A stretch of 36,048 bases of DNA from Octopus bimaculoides. Its lineage: Eukaryota. A program made the position numbers and the translations under genes. Positions 12,260 to 25,140 of this stretch are shown piece by piece. Under the pieces are notes generated by a model. The model did no database searches. It worked only from the letters and a program-made list of their open reading frames with translations, and had not been told where the DNA came from. The stretch covers positions 57,083,283-57,119,330 of the forward strand of contig NC_068990.1 of the NCBI RefSeq assembly GCF_001194135.2, given 5' to 3'. The number at the start of each line of letters is the position of its first letter. Position 1 is the stretch's first letter.

Positions 12260-13040
12260 ATTTCACCTCCTTTCTGTGCCTTCAGCCATACTCCATCCTT
12301 ATCCTTTATCTTGCTTTCTCCATCCTTAAACTCTGTCCTTATCCCTTATTCTGCTTTCACTTTCAAATCCCTCACATATCTATCATAGACCCACCCCCAC
12401 CCAGAGTCATTCCTATATCTCTCATCTTCACTTGCTACAGTCACTTCTACTCCATCTATAACCATCTCCCCTCACACTTTTGTGTAACATATCCCTGTAC
12501 CACTCCTGCCCATTCACCCTGTCAAATCCTCTGTCTCACTTCACTTATATACACCCCCACTATATTTGAAGGTATGTCCTGACACATCTCCACTACCATC
12601 TATCCCGCTCTATTATTCTCTCTCCCCATCTCTCCATCTTTCTCTCTAACTATCTCTCTCTTTTCTTTCTTTTCCAACAAGTGCAGACATGTAGCAAGAC
12701 ATCTATCCTGTATCCCGCTGTTATACTTTGACCTCCCAACTGGCACTAGACTACCTCCCTCAATACAACTTACCCTCTCTGTCAAGAGGTCTTTGTCTTT
12801 CAAGTTACTCGGTGACCCCACCATTGCTGGTGCCATGTAAAAAGCACTGGTGCTGGTGCCATGTTAAAGGCATCCAGTACATGCTGTAGAGTGATTGACA
12901 TAGAGAAGAGCATGCAACTCTAAAAACTATGCCAAAACAGACAATGGAGCCTGGCCCAGTTCTCTGGCTTTCCAGCTCTGATCAAACCAGTCAACTCATG
13001 CCAGCATGAAAGATGGCTGTTAAATGATGATGATGATGAT
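12260..13040 (+). mobile_element. RTE-type 3' UTR/tail with CT-rich region and (GAT)n end
   Basis: Ends gctggtgccatgtaaaaagcac..ctcatgccagcatgaaagatggctgttaaatgatgatgatgatgat, homologous to 25634-25838 and 32513-32953. The RTE assignment is by recalled similarity. Confidence 0.65.
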
Positions 13041-14574
13041 ACAGTATTATTTAATTACATGTTGAGTTCCTCATTAGCTTTAGTATCCTATATCCAAGTT
13101 GATCTCTTTAAGTTTTAATTTTCTCTATTACCAAGTATGAGCACAGGTTATTTGGTACTTTACTCTTAATGTAACACAGTACTAGTGATCAGCTATACAC
13201 AAAATTCTTTAGTTGATGAGCGAACTGAAGCTTTGCTGTATTTTAACACCAGCAACAGTTTTTCAAAATTGGATGAACTGCAATCTTTAAACATCAAGAA
13301 AAGCAGTTTCATTGAAAATTATTAGAGTATTTAGAGTGCTTTATTCATTCAGTTTGAAATATCACATGATAAATTATTGCATCATAGAGGTTTTATTTTA
13401 TTTCACCTCTTATGTTTTCATATTCCTTACTTTTTCTCTTATTCATTCCATTTGCTTCTTTCTTCAATCAAATTATTACATTTCAGGAAACTTTATTTGA
13501 AATGGCTTCATCCTTATTTCCCAGCGAATCTATCTTCTTAATGCATTTCTTTCATATCTTTCAACTTCCCATTGTACAAACAGTTTATTTCTATAATTCT
13601 AAATTGCTGCTTTAAAAGTGTTCTCTTAAAAACATTTATCAACTCCACTTACTAACCAACAATTTTCTCCTTAATCTATCAAAATTTATTCTCATATTTC
13701 CATCATAAGTTGAAAAGAAGGTAGAACATGCTGAATAATTTTAAAATTCAAATTCGATTGCAACGATTTAGAGGCCGTGGTTCAAATTTTATGTGCCGCA
13801 GCTAAACCTTTACTCTTTCGCAATATATTATAATAAATAAGAATACTACTAATAGGAGAGGATTGTATCCCCTAAATAGTATCAAATTATCTGTATGCAT
13901 TATATACTAGTTTAGCAGCTCATTACATTCAAAGATTTGTTTATTTGTCCTTTGTCTCTTTTGAAAAGGAATTGTCCAAAACGTTTGTTATAGTAAGGGT
14001 AGTTATGACATCTAATGAAGAAATTGACTGCTTTAGAGGGTTTAAAGCTAATTTTCCTGTATGATAAGGAGGATATATTCAATAGAAGTAATGCCAGCTC
14101 AATGTATAGTGATACCCGTTGTATGAAATAAAGGGAGACCATAGATAGAATTGATTACTATAATGTCTCATGTGTGCACATGTCTGTATATGAGTGAGTA
14201 TGATGTATATATGTATGCACATATACATATATATGCATATATACATATATACATATATGCTTATATATATGTATGTATGTATGTATGTATATATGTATGT
14301 ATGTATGTATGTATACAAAGACACACAACTTAATGCTAGTCTGATGAAGTGCCACTAGGATATAATCAATCTTATATATTGTATAACTTTTCACATGGAA
14401 TCGTTTATATATAATGTGGTTAGAAATGAAGCCATACAGATACAATTGTTGCTAAATAAAGCTGTGTTATATTTATTCCAAGCCTTCTTATTTGCATCCA
14501 TCTATCTGTCTGTCTGTCTATATCTGTCTGGCTGTCTCTCTCTCTCTATATATATATATATGTATATGTATATT

Positions 14575-14930
14575 CTTTTATTCTTCTTTTACTTGTTTCA
14601 GTCATTTGACTGTGGCAATGCTGGAGCACCACTTTTAGTTGAACAAACCAACTCCAGGACTTATTCTTTGTAATCGTAGTACTTATCCTATTGGACGTCA
14701 AGTGATGGGGAGGGGGTGCAAACACAGCCATAAAGACACACACACTCAAATACTTACATATACATACACACACACATATAGATGGACTTCTTTCAGTTTC
14801 CATCTACAAAATCCACTCACAAGTCTTTGTTCAGCCCGAGGCTATAGTAGAAGACACTTGCCCAAGGTGGCATGCAGTGGGACTGAACCAGAACCATGTG
14901 GTTGGGAAGCAAGCTTCTTACCACACAGAA
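14575..14930 (-). mobile_element. SINE type A
   Basis: ttttacttgtttcagtcatttgactgtggcaatgctggagcacc..gaggctatagtagaagacacttgcccaaggtg..ggttgggaagcaagcttcttaccacacag. Confidence 0.9.
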
Positions 14931-14933
14931 ACC

Positions 14934-15250
14934 TGGCTAAGTGGTTAGAGCATTGTGCTCATGACTGTAAGGTAGTGAGTTCGACTCCTGGCAGTGTGTT
15001 GTACAATTGAGCAAGATACTTATTTCATGTTGCTTCAGGCCATTCAGCTGGGAAAAATAAGTTGTATCTGTATGTCAAAGGACCCACTTTCTCACATCCT
15101 GTATCATGCTGTATCTCCCTGAGAAGTGTGTAAAGGGTACACATGTCTATGAAGTGTTTAGCCACTTGCATGTTAATTTCATGAGCAGGCTGTTCCGTTG
15201 ACCAGATCAAAGGGAACACTCATAGTCGTAACCAATGAAGTGCCAGTTTT
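14934..15250 (+). mobile_element. tRNA-derived SINE type B
   Basis: A box TGGCTAAGTGG at 14934 and B box GTTCGACTCC at 14979-14988. The first part of the body is shared with type C. Confidence 0.8.
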
Positions 15251-15304
15251 TATGTGTGTGTGGAGAGTATCTGTACATATTTATGTATATATATATATAT
15301 ATAT

Positions 15305-16050
15305 NNNNNNNNNNNNNNNNNNNNNNNNNNNNNNNNNNNNNNNNNNNNNNNNNNNNNNNNNNNNNNNNNNNNNNNNNNNNNNNNNNNNNNNNNNNNNNNN
15401 NNNNNNNNNNNNNNNNNNNNNNNNNNNNNNNNNNNNNNNNNNNNNNNNNNNNNNNNNNNNNNNNNNNNNNNNNNNNNNNNNNNNNNNNNNNNNNNNNNNN
15501 NNNNNNNNNNNNNNNNNNNNNNNNNNNNNNNNNNNNNNNNNNNNNNNNNNNNNNNNNNNNNNNNNNNNNNNNNNNNNNNNNNNNNNNNNNNNNNNNNNNN
15601 NNNNNNNNNNNNNNNNNNNNNNNNNNNNNNNNNNNNNNNNNNNNNNNNNNNNNNNNNNNNNNNNNNNNNNNNNNNNNNNNNNNNNNNNNNNNNNNNNNNN
15701 NNNNNNNNNNNNNNNNNNNNNNNNNNNNNNNNNNNNNNNNNNNNNNNNNNNNNNNNNNNNNNNNNNNNNNNNNNNNNNNNNNNNNNNNNNNNNNNNNNNN
15801 NNNNNNNNNNNNNNNNNNNNNNNNNNNNNNNNNNNNNNNNNNNNNNNNNNNNNNNNNNNNNNNNNNNNNNNNNNNNNNNNNNNNNNNNNNNNNNNNNNNN
15901 NNNNNNNNNNNNNNNNNNNNNNNNNNNNNNNNNNNNNNNNNNNNNNNNNNNNNNNNNNNNNNNNNNNNNNNNNNNNNNNNNNNNNNNNNNNNNNNNNNNN
16001 NNNNNNNNNNNNNNNNNNNNNNNNNNNNNNNNNNNNNNNNNNNNNNNNNN
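15305..16050. other. Assembly gap flanked by (AT)n
   Basis: N run. Confidence 1.
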
Positions 16051-16439
16051 TATATATATATATATATACATACAGGGGGACACTGCTGACCTCCCCTGTT
16101 CGAAGGTTATAAAGGACACAGGTTCGTGTGTCACATAGCTAGCTAGAGGCGATGGCTTCTTGGAGCTAATTCACGGCAGCTTTCGTCCTAATTTTGGGAC
16201 TGCCATGTTGGCTTGGCGATAACTATTAATTTCCAGTACCGCTGCCGTAGTCTCCTTTAGAGAGACTTAGAAATATTAATAACTCTATTTATATATATAT
16301 ATGTATGTATATATATATGTATGTATATATGTACACAAACACACACACACACATATATATATCATTCATGTTTATGTGTGTATGTGTGAAGGCTGGTGAG
16401 AAATGTGGGAAGCATGCCTTGTTGGATGTGTAACTGTTA

Positions 16440-16745
16440 GTATGCATCAGAGACACATACAGATGAACTGAGAGACAAACCAGCTATAAGAGAGATCAGT
16501 TGTTTAATGTGCAAGAACAAAGATTCATTGGTACAAATATGTAATGTGCATGGAAGATAACAGATGGATAAAGAAATGTTGCGAGATTCAAGCGGAAAGT
16601 AACTGTAAAAAAGGAAAACCAAAGTGGACATGGGCAGAACTTTTGAAGGCTAAATCCAAAATGTTTAACTTCACAAAGAGGATAACAAAGAAACTCAACA
16701 GATTCAGAGACACTTTGTTGGAAATAAGGCATCCAACATATCAAA
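16440..16745 (+). mobile_element. RTE LINE ORF2 C-terminal relic
   Basis: WYKYVMCMEDNRWIKKCCEIQAESNCKKGKPKWTWAELLK resembles LRWYGHVMRMEDxxWVKKCxxxxVEGxxxRGRPRKTW. Confidence 0.75.
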
Positions 16746-16754
16746 TAAAAAATT

Positions 16755-17025
16755 GTTGTGTGGTAAGAAGCCTGCTTCTCAACCACATAGTTCCAGGTTC
16801 AGCCCCACTGCTTAGCACCTTGGGCAAATGTCTTTTACTATAGCCTTGAGCCAACAAAAGTCTTGTGAGTGAATTTGGTAGAGGGAAACTGAAAGAAGCC
16901 TGCCGTATATATATATATATATTTATAGTTATGTACATGTGTCTTTGTTTCTCTGTTTGTCCCCCAATACCGTTGTTTGACAACCGACGTTGGTGTGTTT
17001 ACGTCCCTATGACTTAGCGGTTCGA
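16755..17025 (+). mobile_element. SINE type A, 3' truncated
   Basis: gtgtggtaagaagcctgcttctcaaccacatagttccaggttcagcccc..gaaactgaaagaagcc[AT]..gacttagcggttcg. Confidence 0.9.
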
Positions 17026-17159
17026 CTACTTTGGGGTAGTCATGATGGGTATACTGGGCTTCATATGTTTTACTCCAGTGTCACTTTGATGGCATGCGCT
17101 ACTCTCTTGTTCGATAACAACAACAATAGTAATAATGATAATAATAATAATAATAGTGA

Positions 17160-17378
17160 TAATAATCCTTTCTACTATATGCACACGACCTGAAATTTGG
17201 GGTAGGGAGATAGTCGATTACATTGACTCCAGTACTCAACTGGTACTTATTTCATCAACCCTGAAAAGATGAAAGGCAAAGTTGACCTCAGTGGAATTTG
17301 AACTCAGAATGTAGCAATGGGTGAAATACCACTATGCATTTTGCCCGGTGTGCTAACAAGTCTGCCAGCTCACTGCCT
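17160..17378 (-). mobile_element. tRNA-derived SINE type D, array copy 1
   Basis: ctttctactat..actggtacttatttcatc..gaaaggcaaagttgacctcagtggaatttgaactcagaa..ctgccagctc. Confidence 0.9.
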
Positions 17379-17384
17379 TATATA

Positions 17385-17385
17385 C

Positions 17386-17432
<47 letters not shown>

Positions 17433-17455
17433 GTAATAATAACAATAATAATAAA
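17385..17455. repeat. (AAT)n microsatellite
   Basis: Direct reading. Confidence 0.95.
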
Positions 17456-17642
17456 CCTTTCTACTATAGGCACAAGGCCTGAAATTTTTAGGGAAAGTGT
17501 GTAACTGGTACTTATTTCATCAACCCTGAAAATATGAAAGGCAAAGTGGACCTCAGTAGAATTTGAACTCAGAATGTAAAGACGGTTGAAATGCTGTTTA
17601 GCATTTTGCCTGGCATGCTAACAATTTTGCCAGTTTGCTACT
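17453..17642 (-). mobile_element. SINE type D, array copy 2
   Basis: Same motifs as copy 1, with an internal deletion. Confidence 0.9.
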
Positions 17643-17659
17643 TTCTTTGTAGATACTGT

Positions 17660-17880
17660 AATAATCTTTTCTACTCTAGGCACAAGGCCTGAAATTTTGG
17701 GGGAGTGGGAGCCAATCGGTTAGATTGAGCCCAGTACACAACTGGTACTTAATTTATCGACCCCAAAAGGATGAAAGGCAAAGTCAGCCTCAGTGGAATT
17801 TGAACTCAGAATGTAAAGACAGACAAAATACCACAAAGCGTTTCACCCAGCGTGCTAACGTCTCTGCCAGCTCACCACCT
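17660..17880 (-). mobile_element. SINE type D, array copy 3
   Basis: Same motifs as copy 1. Confidence 0.9.
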
Positions 17881-18896
17881 TATTAATACTATTATAATAA
17901 ACAACCTATATTGCTATTCTCAGTAGATCTTCTATTGTATTGATTTGCTTGAAACTTCATTTGAATCCTTTCTTATTCAATGGCATCTTTGCCTCTTTAG
18001 TCAATGCTTTATCTTTTAAAAATAATAATTAATAATTACAAACTATTTACCAATAATTAATTTGTGAAAGTCATTTTATAATTACTAAGGAAGAACTATG
18101 AATGATATAATCATTAATTATTTCTATTAATTATGAAATATTTACAAGCATTACATTGAAAATATTTGACAATTGATTCAATTTAGAATGATTCAAATAT
18201 ATTTCAATTATGCAGACACAAGATGAGTCAATATAATATGTGTGCCAGATAAAGCAGCAGTTATAGCCAAGGCCTACTGAACTAATGTTGACCCTAATAT
18301 ATCTCATTGATATCAGAATCAATCAAAAAGCAGATGCTATCATACCTATTATTTTAATTACAATTATTGCCTCCGATAGTATATTGATGATACTGATGGT
18401 ACAAATAGAAGAATCACTCTACCCAGCTTTAGCATTTGGATTTTTAAAATTACTGACCCTTATGTCTTGAATATATTGCCAAAGCAAATCTACTTTTTAC
18501 AGTGCTAAAGACAAATATCTGAATTCACTAGAACAAATAATATTGTTCACAGCACAGTTTCTCATATTGTTGCAATAATATCATCATTATAGTTAGTGGT
18601 ACTCTCAATCAAAACCAGTCTAATTCTTGATATATTTTCTCTGATAATTTCAATGCAAAAGTAGCTTCCAGTGAATATTTTTAACAGTTCTATATGACTA
18701 CCTCAGTATATCCATATAGAATAAGTCAATTTCTGCTTGTGATACTGGCAAAGCTTTAATGAGTCATTTATTCATTAAAAACAGCATTTACAAAAGTATT
18801 TTTATTTTAAGAAATGTCTGGTGGAGTATCTGCTTGAGCAGTTGATCAAATCTACTTTTATTGTCACTGCATATTATTCTCACTACACATTACAAC

Positions 18897-19328
18897 NNNN
18901 NNNNNNNNNNNNNNNNNNNNNNNNNNNNNNNNNNNNNNNNNNNNNNNNNNNNNNNNNNNNNNNNNNNNNNNNNNNNNNNNNNNNNNNNNNNNNNNNNNNN
19001 NNNNNNNNNNNNNNNNNNNNNNNNNNNNNNNNNNNNNNNNNNNNNNNNNNNNNNNNNNNNNNNNNNNNNNNNNNNNNNNNNNNNNNNNNNNNNNNNNNNN
19101 NNNNNNNNNNNNNNNNNNNNNNNNNNNNNNNNNNNNNNNNNNNNNNNNNNNNNNNNNNNNNNNNNNNNNNNNNNNNNNNNNNNNNNNNNNNNNNNNNNNN
19201 NNNNNNNNNNNNNNNNNNNNNNNNNNNNNNNNNNNNNNNNNNNNNNNNNNNNNNNNNNNNNNNNNNNNNNNNNNNNNNNNNNNNNNNNNNNNNNNNNNNN
19301 NNNNNNNNNNNNNNNNNNNNNNNNNNNN
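18897..19328. other. Assembly gap
   Basis: N run. Confidence 1.
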
Positions 19329-19374
<46 letters not shown>

Positions 19375-21328
19375 TATATACATATATATACGCACACACA
19401 CACACACACACACATATAAAGAGAGATAGATCTACAAATGAAAGAACAGAATGCTTGAGAGATTTTATGAAGTTTATATTTATTACAAAATAGTGTTTAT
19501 TGCCACTTTAATGTTTGTGTTGTCTAATAACCAACGATACTGCTATTTTAACCCCAAGAAGGCATCTCCTCCAGCTGGTCATTTAGTGCACTTTTGCACT
19601 GGATATTCATGGTAAGTGGGAGAGAACTCTGGCCACCCTAACTCAGAGACCATCAAATCATGTGATTTTGGTCATATTGGATCATTTTAGTGGTGTGCAT
19701 TCATTTGGCAGGCATGGTATTAGTCTGACTTCACTTGCAATAGATAGAAAATACAGTGTCATACAATCACTGATCTTGTAACTAGGAAACTAGTCTGTTA
19801 AAAAATCTCTGTCCAAGACAGAAGCGGTATACAAACCAAAAAGTAGTGTTTATTACCACTTTAAATTAAGTAGTTTTTATAGTCACTTTAACTTATTACA
19901 AAATTAACTCAGAACTGCTTTACTTAAACTTTTCCAGAAGTAAGAAAAATATTCCTGAGTGTTTGAATGCCTGCTACTGAATAACAAATCTTTCCTACCT
20001 TCCAGTTAAAGCTGGTTACCATTGAATGATGCATGACTATCATTCTCATTAGTTGGTTAGACCACCCAAGTGGTAGATGTTGACATACATTGGCTGTTAG
20101 CTGACTGTAACTGCTATTGACTATTGAATGCTACTGGATAGGGATGCTACTTGCTAATAATAGGATCACTGGCAGAATTCTGATGTGTCATGTATAGAGG
20201 TAGCTTTTATTATTCTGAATGGTGATATTACAATCATAAAAGTATATGAAGCATTACAATGGATTATAGAATGCTGATGCTGATATCCAAGAAAGTTTAT
20301 GAAAGTTAACAGTTTAGTGGCTCAGTTTCCTTCTTAAAATATATATTTAACTGTTGCAAAATGTGCAGTTTTTCACTGAGACAAGAATGACAGCAATATT
20401 TTCTGAGCAGATGAACTTTCTCTAGAATGCCTTAGATTGTGCTGTCTGGAAATGATTTCCTGGTCATGGATTTCCTGAACCTGAAGGAGCACATTTGATA
20501 AATAAATTTCCCTTGACATTATTATCTGCAAGTGGTGTCTTGAAATGCTATCAGGTGGAATAAGAGCCATCCTTTAAGAGGATTCTGAAGGAAGCGACAG
20601 ACAGAATTATAGTAAAATGTTAAGAGAATAGCATTAACAGGTAGTGGTTTAAAGTTAGCCGGTAAAGAGCCCCCACATGTTCTTAAAAAGACAGAATCTT
20701 CTGTACAAGGTTGCCCTACAGGGCGAAGTATGCTTCTTATTGGTCTCTTGCATAGATAATCCAATGAAATGTGTGTCATCTATCCAACAATTTTTGATGG
20801 AGAGGTCAAATAAAGAAGGTCGCCTTTTGTTTTGACCTTGTAAGAACAAGTATGATGCAAGAGTGACCTTCTAGCAACCATCATTATTCTGATGTCTCAA
20901 CCATTAATCCCAGTATATTGTCTCTCATAGAATAGGGCTTTCAAAAGAAGGAATTTAAATATGGGAGTGCAAAAGTCCATGATGTTGAACAGTTGATTTG
21001 TTCTTCACATCAATATTTTGAGAGAGACTTAATCAACTTGATTAAAAATGTAAAGATTTTGGCACTTTATCAAACACTTTCAAACACTTTAAACAACATG
21101 ACAACTTTCAAAGAACCCTAAAAACAGAATGTATATTATCATTGATAAAAAAATACATAAATAACACAAACAATGCTATATATCAAAACATATGATGAAG
21201 TAAACAAACTGAAAATTTGCCACTTTGATATCTTGGACTATATATATTTCCCAAAATGGTTTCAAGGGATATATAATCCTGGTGGCTACCATGTGTAAAT
21301 CTCTGTTCTCCTGATCTTTGTTAATTTC

Positions 21329-21371
<43 letters not shown>

Positions 21372-21420
21372 TCACATGTGTGTGTATGTGTATACATACA
21401 CACACATATATATACATATA

Positions 21421-21803
21421 CAGGTTGCATAAGCTATTTGAGGACAGATTGATGTTTATAAAAAAACAGATATATAATAACAGATAATAATTTTATTGGT
21501 CAAAAAATACTATGAGGATAAAAAAAAAAAACCTTCATTCCTATAATGTTATTCAATAAAGCCACCTTCAGATTCAACAACTGCTTCTATATGAGATCTA
21601 AATCATCTACATGCTTGAATCAAGTGGTCCTGGTTCATTTTGGACATTACTCTGGGTATGGCAGCTTTCAAAGAATCTTTGGTGTTATGGGCATGTTCAT
21701 TGACCTCTCATTCAAAAGGGCTCCACATGTGATAGTCCAATGGATTGAGACCGGGGGAATTAGGAGGCCAAATGTTAAGGGTTATGTGATTAGGAAAATT
21801 TTG

Positions 21804-21808
<5 letters not shown>
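21421..21808 (-). mobile_element. Tc1/mariner superfamily (maT/DD37D-like) transposase C-terminal relic with right end
   Basis: Minus translation WPPNSPGLNPLDYHMWSPFE*EVNEHAHNTKDSLKAAI..ACR*FRSHIEAVVESEGGFIE* (stop at 21549). The element end reads TA|CAGG at 21419-21424. Confidence 0.85.
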
Positions 21809-21883
<75 letters not shown>

Positions 21884-21889
21884 TAAGTG

Positions 21890-22320
21890 GGGACAAGATG
21901 TCATGAAATGTGTACAAAAAATACGAGCACAAATACATGGAACATGAACTATTCGTTCGAACAATAAAAGACACAAATGGAAAACAAAACAAACATAAAG
22001 AACGACCCTTCATCAGTTGTTGCCTGTTTTCATAGTCTTATATTTTAAGCATTTAACAACAATATATGCTTTCAATAAAACAGTTGCTCCCGGAAAGCAA
22101 ATTAAATAAAACTTAGGATTTTGCAGTGGGTCAAAATTGTTAGTACAACAGGACAGTGAACACAAACAGGAAGGGCTGCTAAGCCTAAACGAGGTTGTGG
22201 TGGCAAACGTGTAAATCAAGCTTGGAAAGGAGACAAAGAAGAACATGTCTTCCTTGTTCTAGCTACAGTGGAGAGAAAGAAAGAAACACAAGTTAGGAGA
22301 AGAAAGATGGCCGATGGTCA
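21890..22320 (-). mobile_element. Probable Penelope-like 3' terminal relic
   Basis: Minus strand has caaCTGATGAaggg (22010-22016) with a later cGAAc, resembling PLE terminal signatures. Assignment is by recalled similarity only. Confidence 0.35.
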
Positions 22321-22576
22321 CGTGAGCAAGGGAGGAGGAGTGAGGGAGAGAGAGTGATAGAGTAATAGGACAGAATAGTGGGAGAAGAGGAGGTAAAAGA
22401 ATAAGAGAGAGAAAGAGAGAAAACCGAAAAAGTAAAATGATCGTATAGAGTGCGTATCAGAATTATTAAGATAAAACTTATTTGGAAGAGGATGTGTGGC
22501 GTTCAATCATATAATGATATAAATAATAAATATATTTGCATATATGCATAGGTATATGTACATACTTACATCTATA

Positions 22577-22635
<59 letters not shown>

Positions 22636-23321
22636 NNNNNNNNNNNNNNNNNNNNNNNNNNNNNNNNNNNNNNNNNNNNNNNNNNNNNNNNNNNNNNNNN
22701 NNNNNNNNNNNNNNNNNNNNNNNNNNNNNNNNNNNNNNNNNNNNNNNNNNNNNNNNNNNNNNNNNNNNNNNNNNNNNNNNNNNNNNNNNNNNNNNNNNNN
22801 NNNNNNNNNNNNNNNNNNNNNNNNNNNNNNNNNNNNNNNNNNNNNNNNNNNNNNNNNNNNNNNNNNNNNNNNNNNNNNNNNNNNNNNNNNNNNNNNNNNN
22901 NNNNNNNNNNNNNNNNNNNNNNNNNNNNNNNNNNNNNNNNNNNNNNNNNNNNNNNNNNNNNNNNNNNNNNNNNNNNNNNNNNNNNNNNNNNNNNNNNNNN
23001 NNNNNNNNNNNNNNNNNNNNNNNNNNNNNNNNNNNNNNNNNNNNNNNNNNNNNNNNNNNNNNNNNNNNNNNNNNNNNNNNNNNNNNNNNNNNNNNNNNNN
23101 NNNNNNNNNNNNNNNNNNNNNNNNNNNNNNNNNNNNNNNNNNNNNNNNNNNNNNNNNNNNNNNNNNNNNNNNNNNNNNNNNNNNNNNNNNNNNNNNNNNN
23201 NNNNNNNNNNNNNNNNNNNNNNNNNNNNNNNNNNNNNNNNNNNNNNNNNNNNNNNNNNNNNNNNNNNNNNNNNNNNNNNNNNNNNNNNNNNNNNNNNNNN
23301 NNNNNNNNNNNNNNNNNNNNN
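22636..23321. other. Assembly gap flanked by (AT)n
   Basis: N run. Confidence 1.
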
Positions 23322-23322
23322 N

Positions 23323-23387
<65 letters not shown>

Positions 23388-23450
23388 GCATGTATGTATG
23401 AATGTACATATATAGATATGTATATATACTGTGTATGTATGTGTGTATGG

Positions 23451-23482
<32 letters not shown>

Positions 23483-23973
23483 ATGTATGTGTATACACAG
23501 ACAGAACCCACACACACTCCACAAATATGTGTCCTCATCAAGTGCACCTTAGTGCACAAGGCCCCTTATAAATTCTTGATGAATGCTAATATTTCCACGA
23601 TTTTGTCAATTACTTTCCTTAAACTTTAAGCTTTTATTTCAATAGACAAACTACATTAATTATGATATCTTTGTCAATTTTCTATGAATAAGACCCATAT
23701 TAGTTTCCTCTTAGCTGATCAATAATGCTGACGCCAAGTTATAAATTAAAGCTATCAATTTGTCTGCAATGATCCCCACTTGTCCTCCTGCCTGCAAACA
23801 AATAAATGTATAAAAATTTAGGGAATGACATGGTGTAGCAAATTTAGAAGTAACACAAGTCAGTCATGAACCCATTCCAACCAAGTGCATGTCCAATACA
23901 CACACACACACAAATCAATATATGCATATATTTACATGTATGAACAAATACATATATATATAAATATATATAT

Positions 23974-24151
23974 NNNNNNNNNNNNNNNNNNNNNNNNNNN
24001 NNNNNNNNNNNNNNNNNNNNNNNNNNNNNNNNNNNNNNNNNNNNNNNNNNNNNNNNNNNNNNNNNNNNNNNNNNNNNNNNNNNNNNNNNNNNNNNNNNNN
24101 NNNNNNNNNNNNNNNNNNNNNNNNNNNNNNNNNNNNNNNNNNNNNNNNNNN
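23974..24151. other. Assembly gap
   Basis: N run. Confidence 1.
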
Positions 24152-24482
24152 GTGTGTGTGTATCCAAATTGTGGGAGTTGAACAGGTGAAATTCAGGCTA
24201 CATATGTTTCCTAGCTGACAGATCCTCTGATGTAATAATTACTCAATGAGGGGTACTCAGCTAGCCACACATCAGGTTGAAGACAGCTTGAAGCTTACAA
24301 ACTTCCTACACTTGTATCCTATAATTACATATCTATATTTATATATAATTGTGTACAAACAATTAAGTATTTATACACAAGAGAGGTGACCTTTGACAGG
24401 ACACCTTACATGTTAGAAAGGGATGTCAAAACCCAAACCACGAATTTCAAAGAGAATGAAAATAAAAGATATTTTTATTGTT

Positions 24483-24554
24483 AACCCCAAACTCGAGTTT
24501 CTGTATTAACGAGCAAATAAATTAATTTGTCATATCTAATTCATCAGTGAGGTC
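24483..24554 (-). ncRNA. Type I hammerhead ribozyme fold with palindromic stem III
   Basis: Minus: GACCUCA-CUGAUGA-[39 nt stem II]-GAA-ACUCGAGU-U^-UGGGGUU. Stem I has 7 bp (2 G-U), the core is intact and the triplet is GUU. Confidence 0.7.
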
Positions 24555-24619
24555 ACTAAAAATCTATATTTAAATATATATTTTGTATAATCCAGGTAAA
24601 AACCTTGTAATGAGCATTT

Positions 24620-25096
24620 AAGAGTTCTTATTTGGTGATTTGGTTATTTGGTTACTACATGGCTCGGTACACATGTGGAACTATTCTTTAAATAAAGTTT
24701 ATAGAAGGATGATATGATGATATGAGTATGGAGGATAACAGGCCTTAATAGTAGTTATTCTGGTTTACTTTCAACTTACATTAATCTTTGACCTGCATTT
24801 GTTTACTCTGTTGTGTGTGTATGTATATATATATATTAAATAAGTAATAAATGCGTCCTTTTAAAGTCTAGCCAGGCTCATGGGCCTAGTTTCCTGGTTT
24901 CAGTGGCGTATGTGTTCCCCAGTTGGATGGGATGCCAGTCCATTGCAGCGTTACTCATTTTTGCCAGCTGAGTGGACTGGAGCAATGTGAAATGAAGTGT
25001 TTTTCTCAACAACACAACGCGTCACCCGTTCCAGGAATCGAAACTACAATCTTGCGATCGTGATGCTGACACCATAACCACTAAGCCACGTGCCTC

Positions 25097-25140
<44 letters not shown>

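Noticed and set aside
14341-14365. CTGATGA followed by a short AGT/ACT hairpin
   Set aside because: No GAAA follows and there is no stem I or III.
19559-19617. Possible 53-bp plus exon ending CATG|gtaagt
   Set aside because: Weak acceptor, no recognisable peptide and no partner exons.
20373-20849. Three overlapping short minus ORFs
   Set aside because: No recognisable domain and no consistent splice sites.
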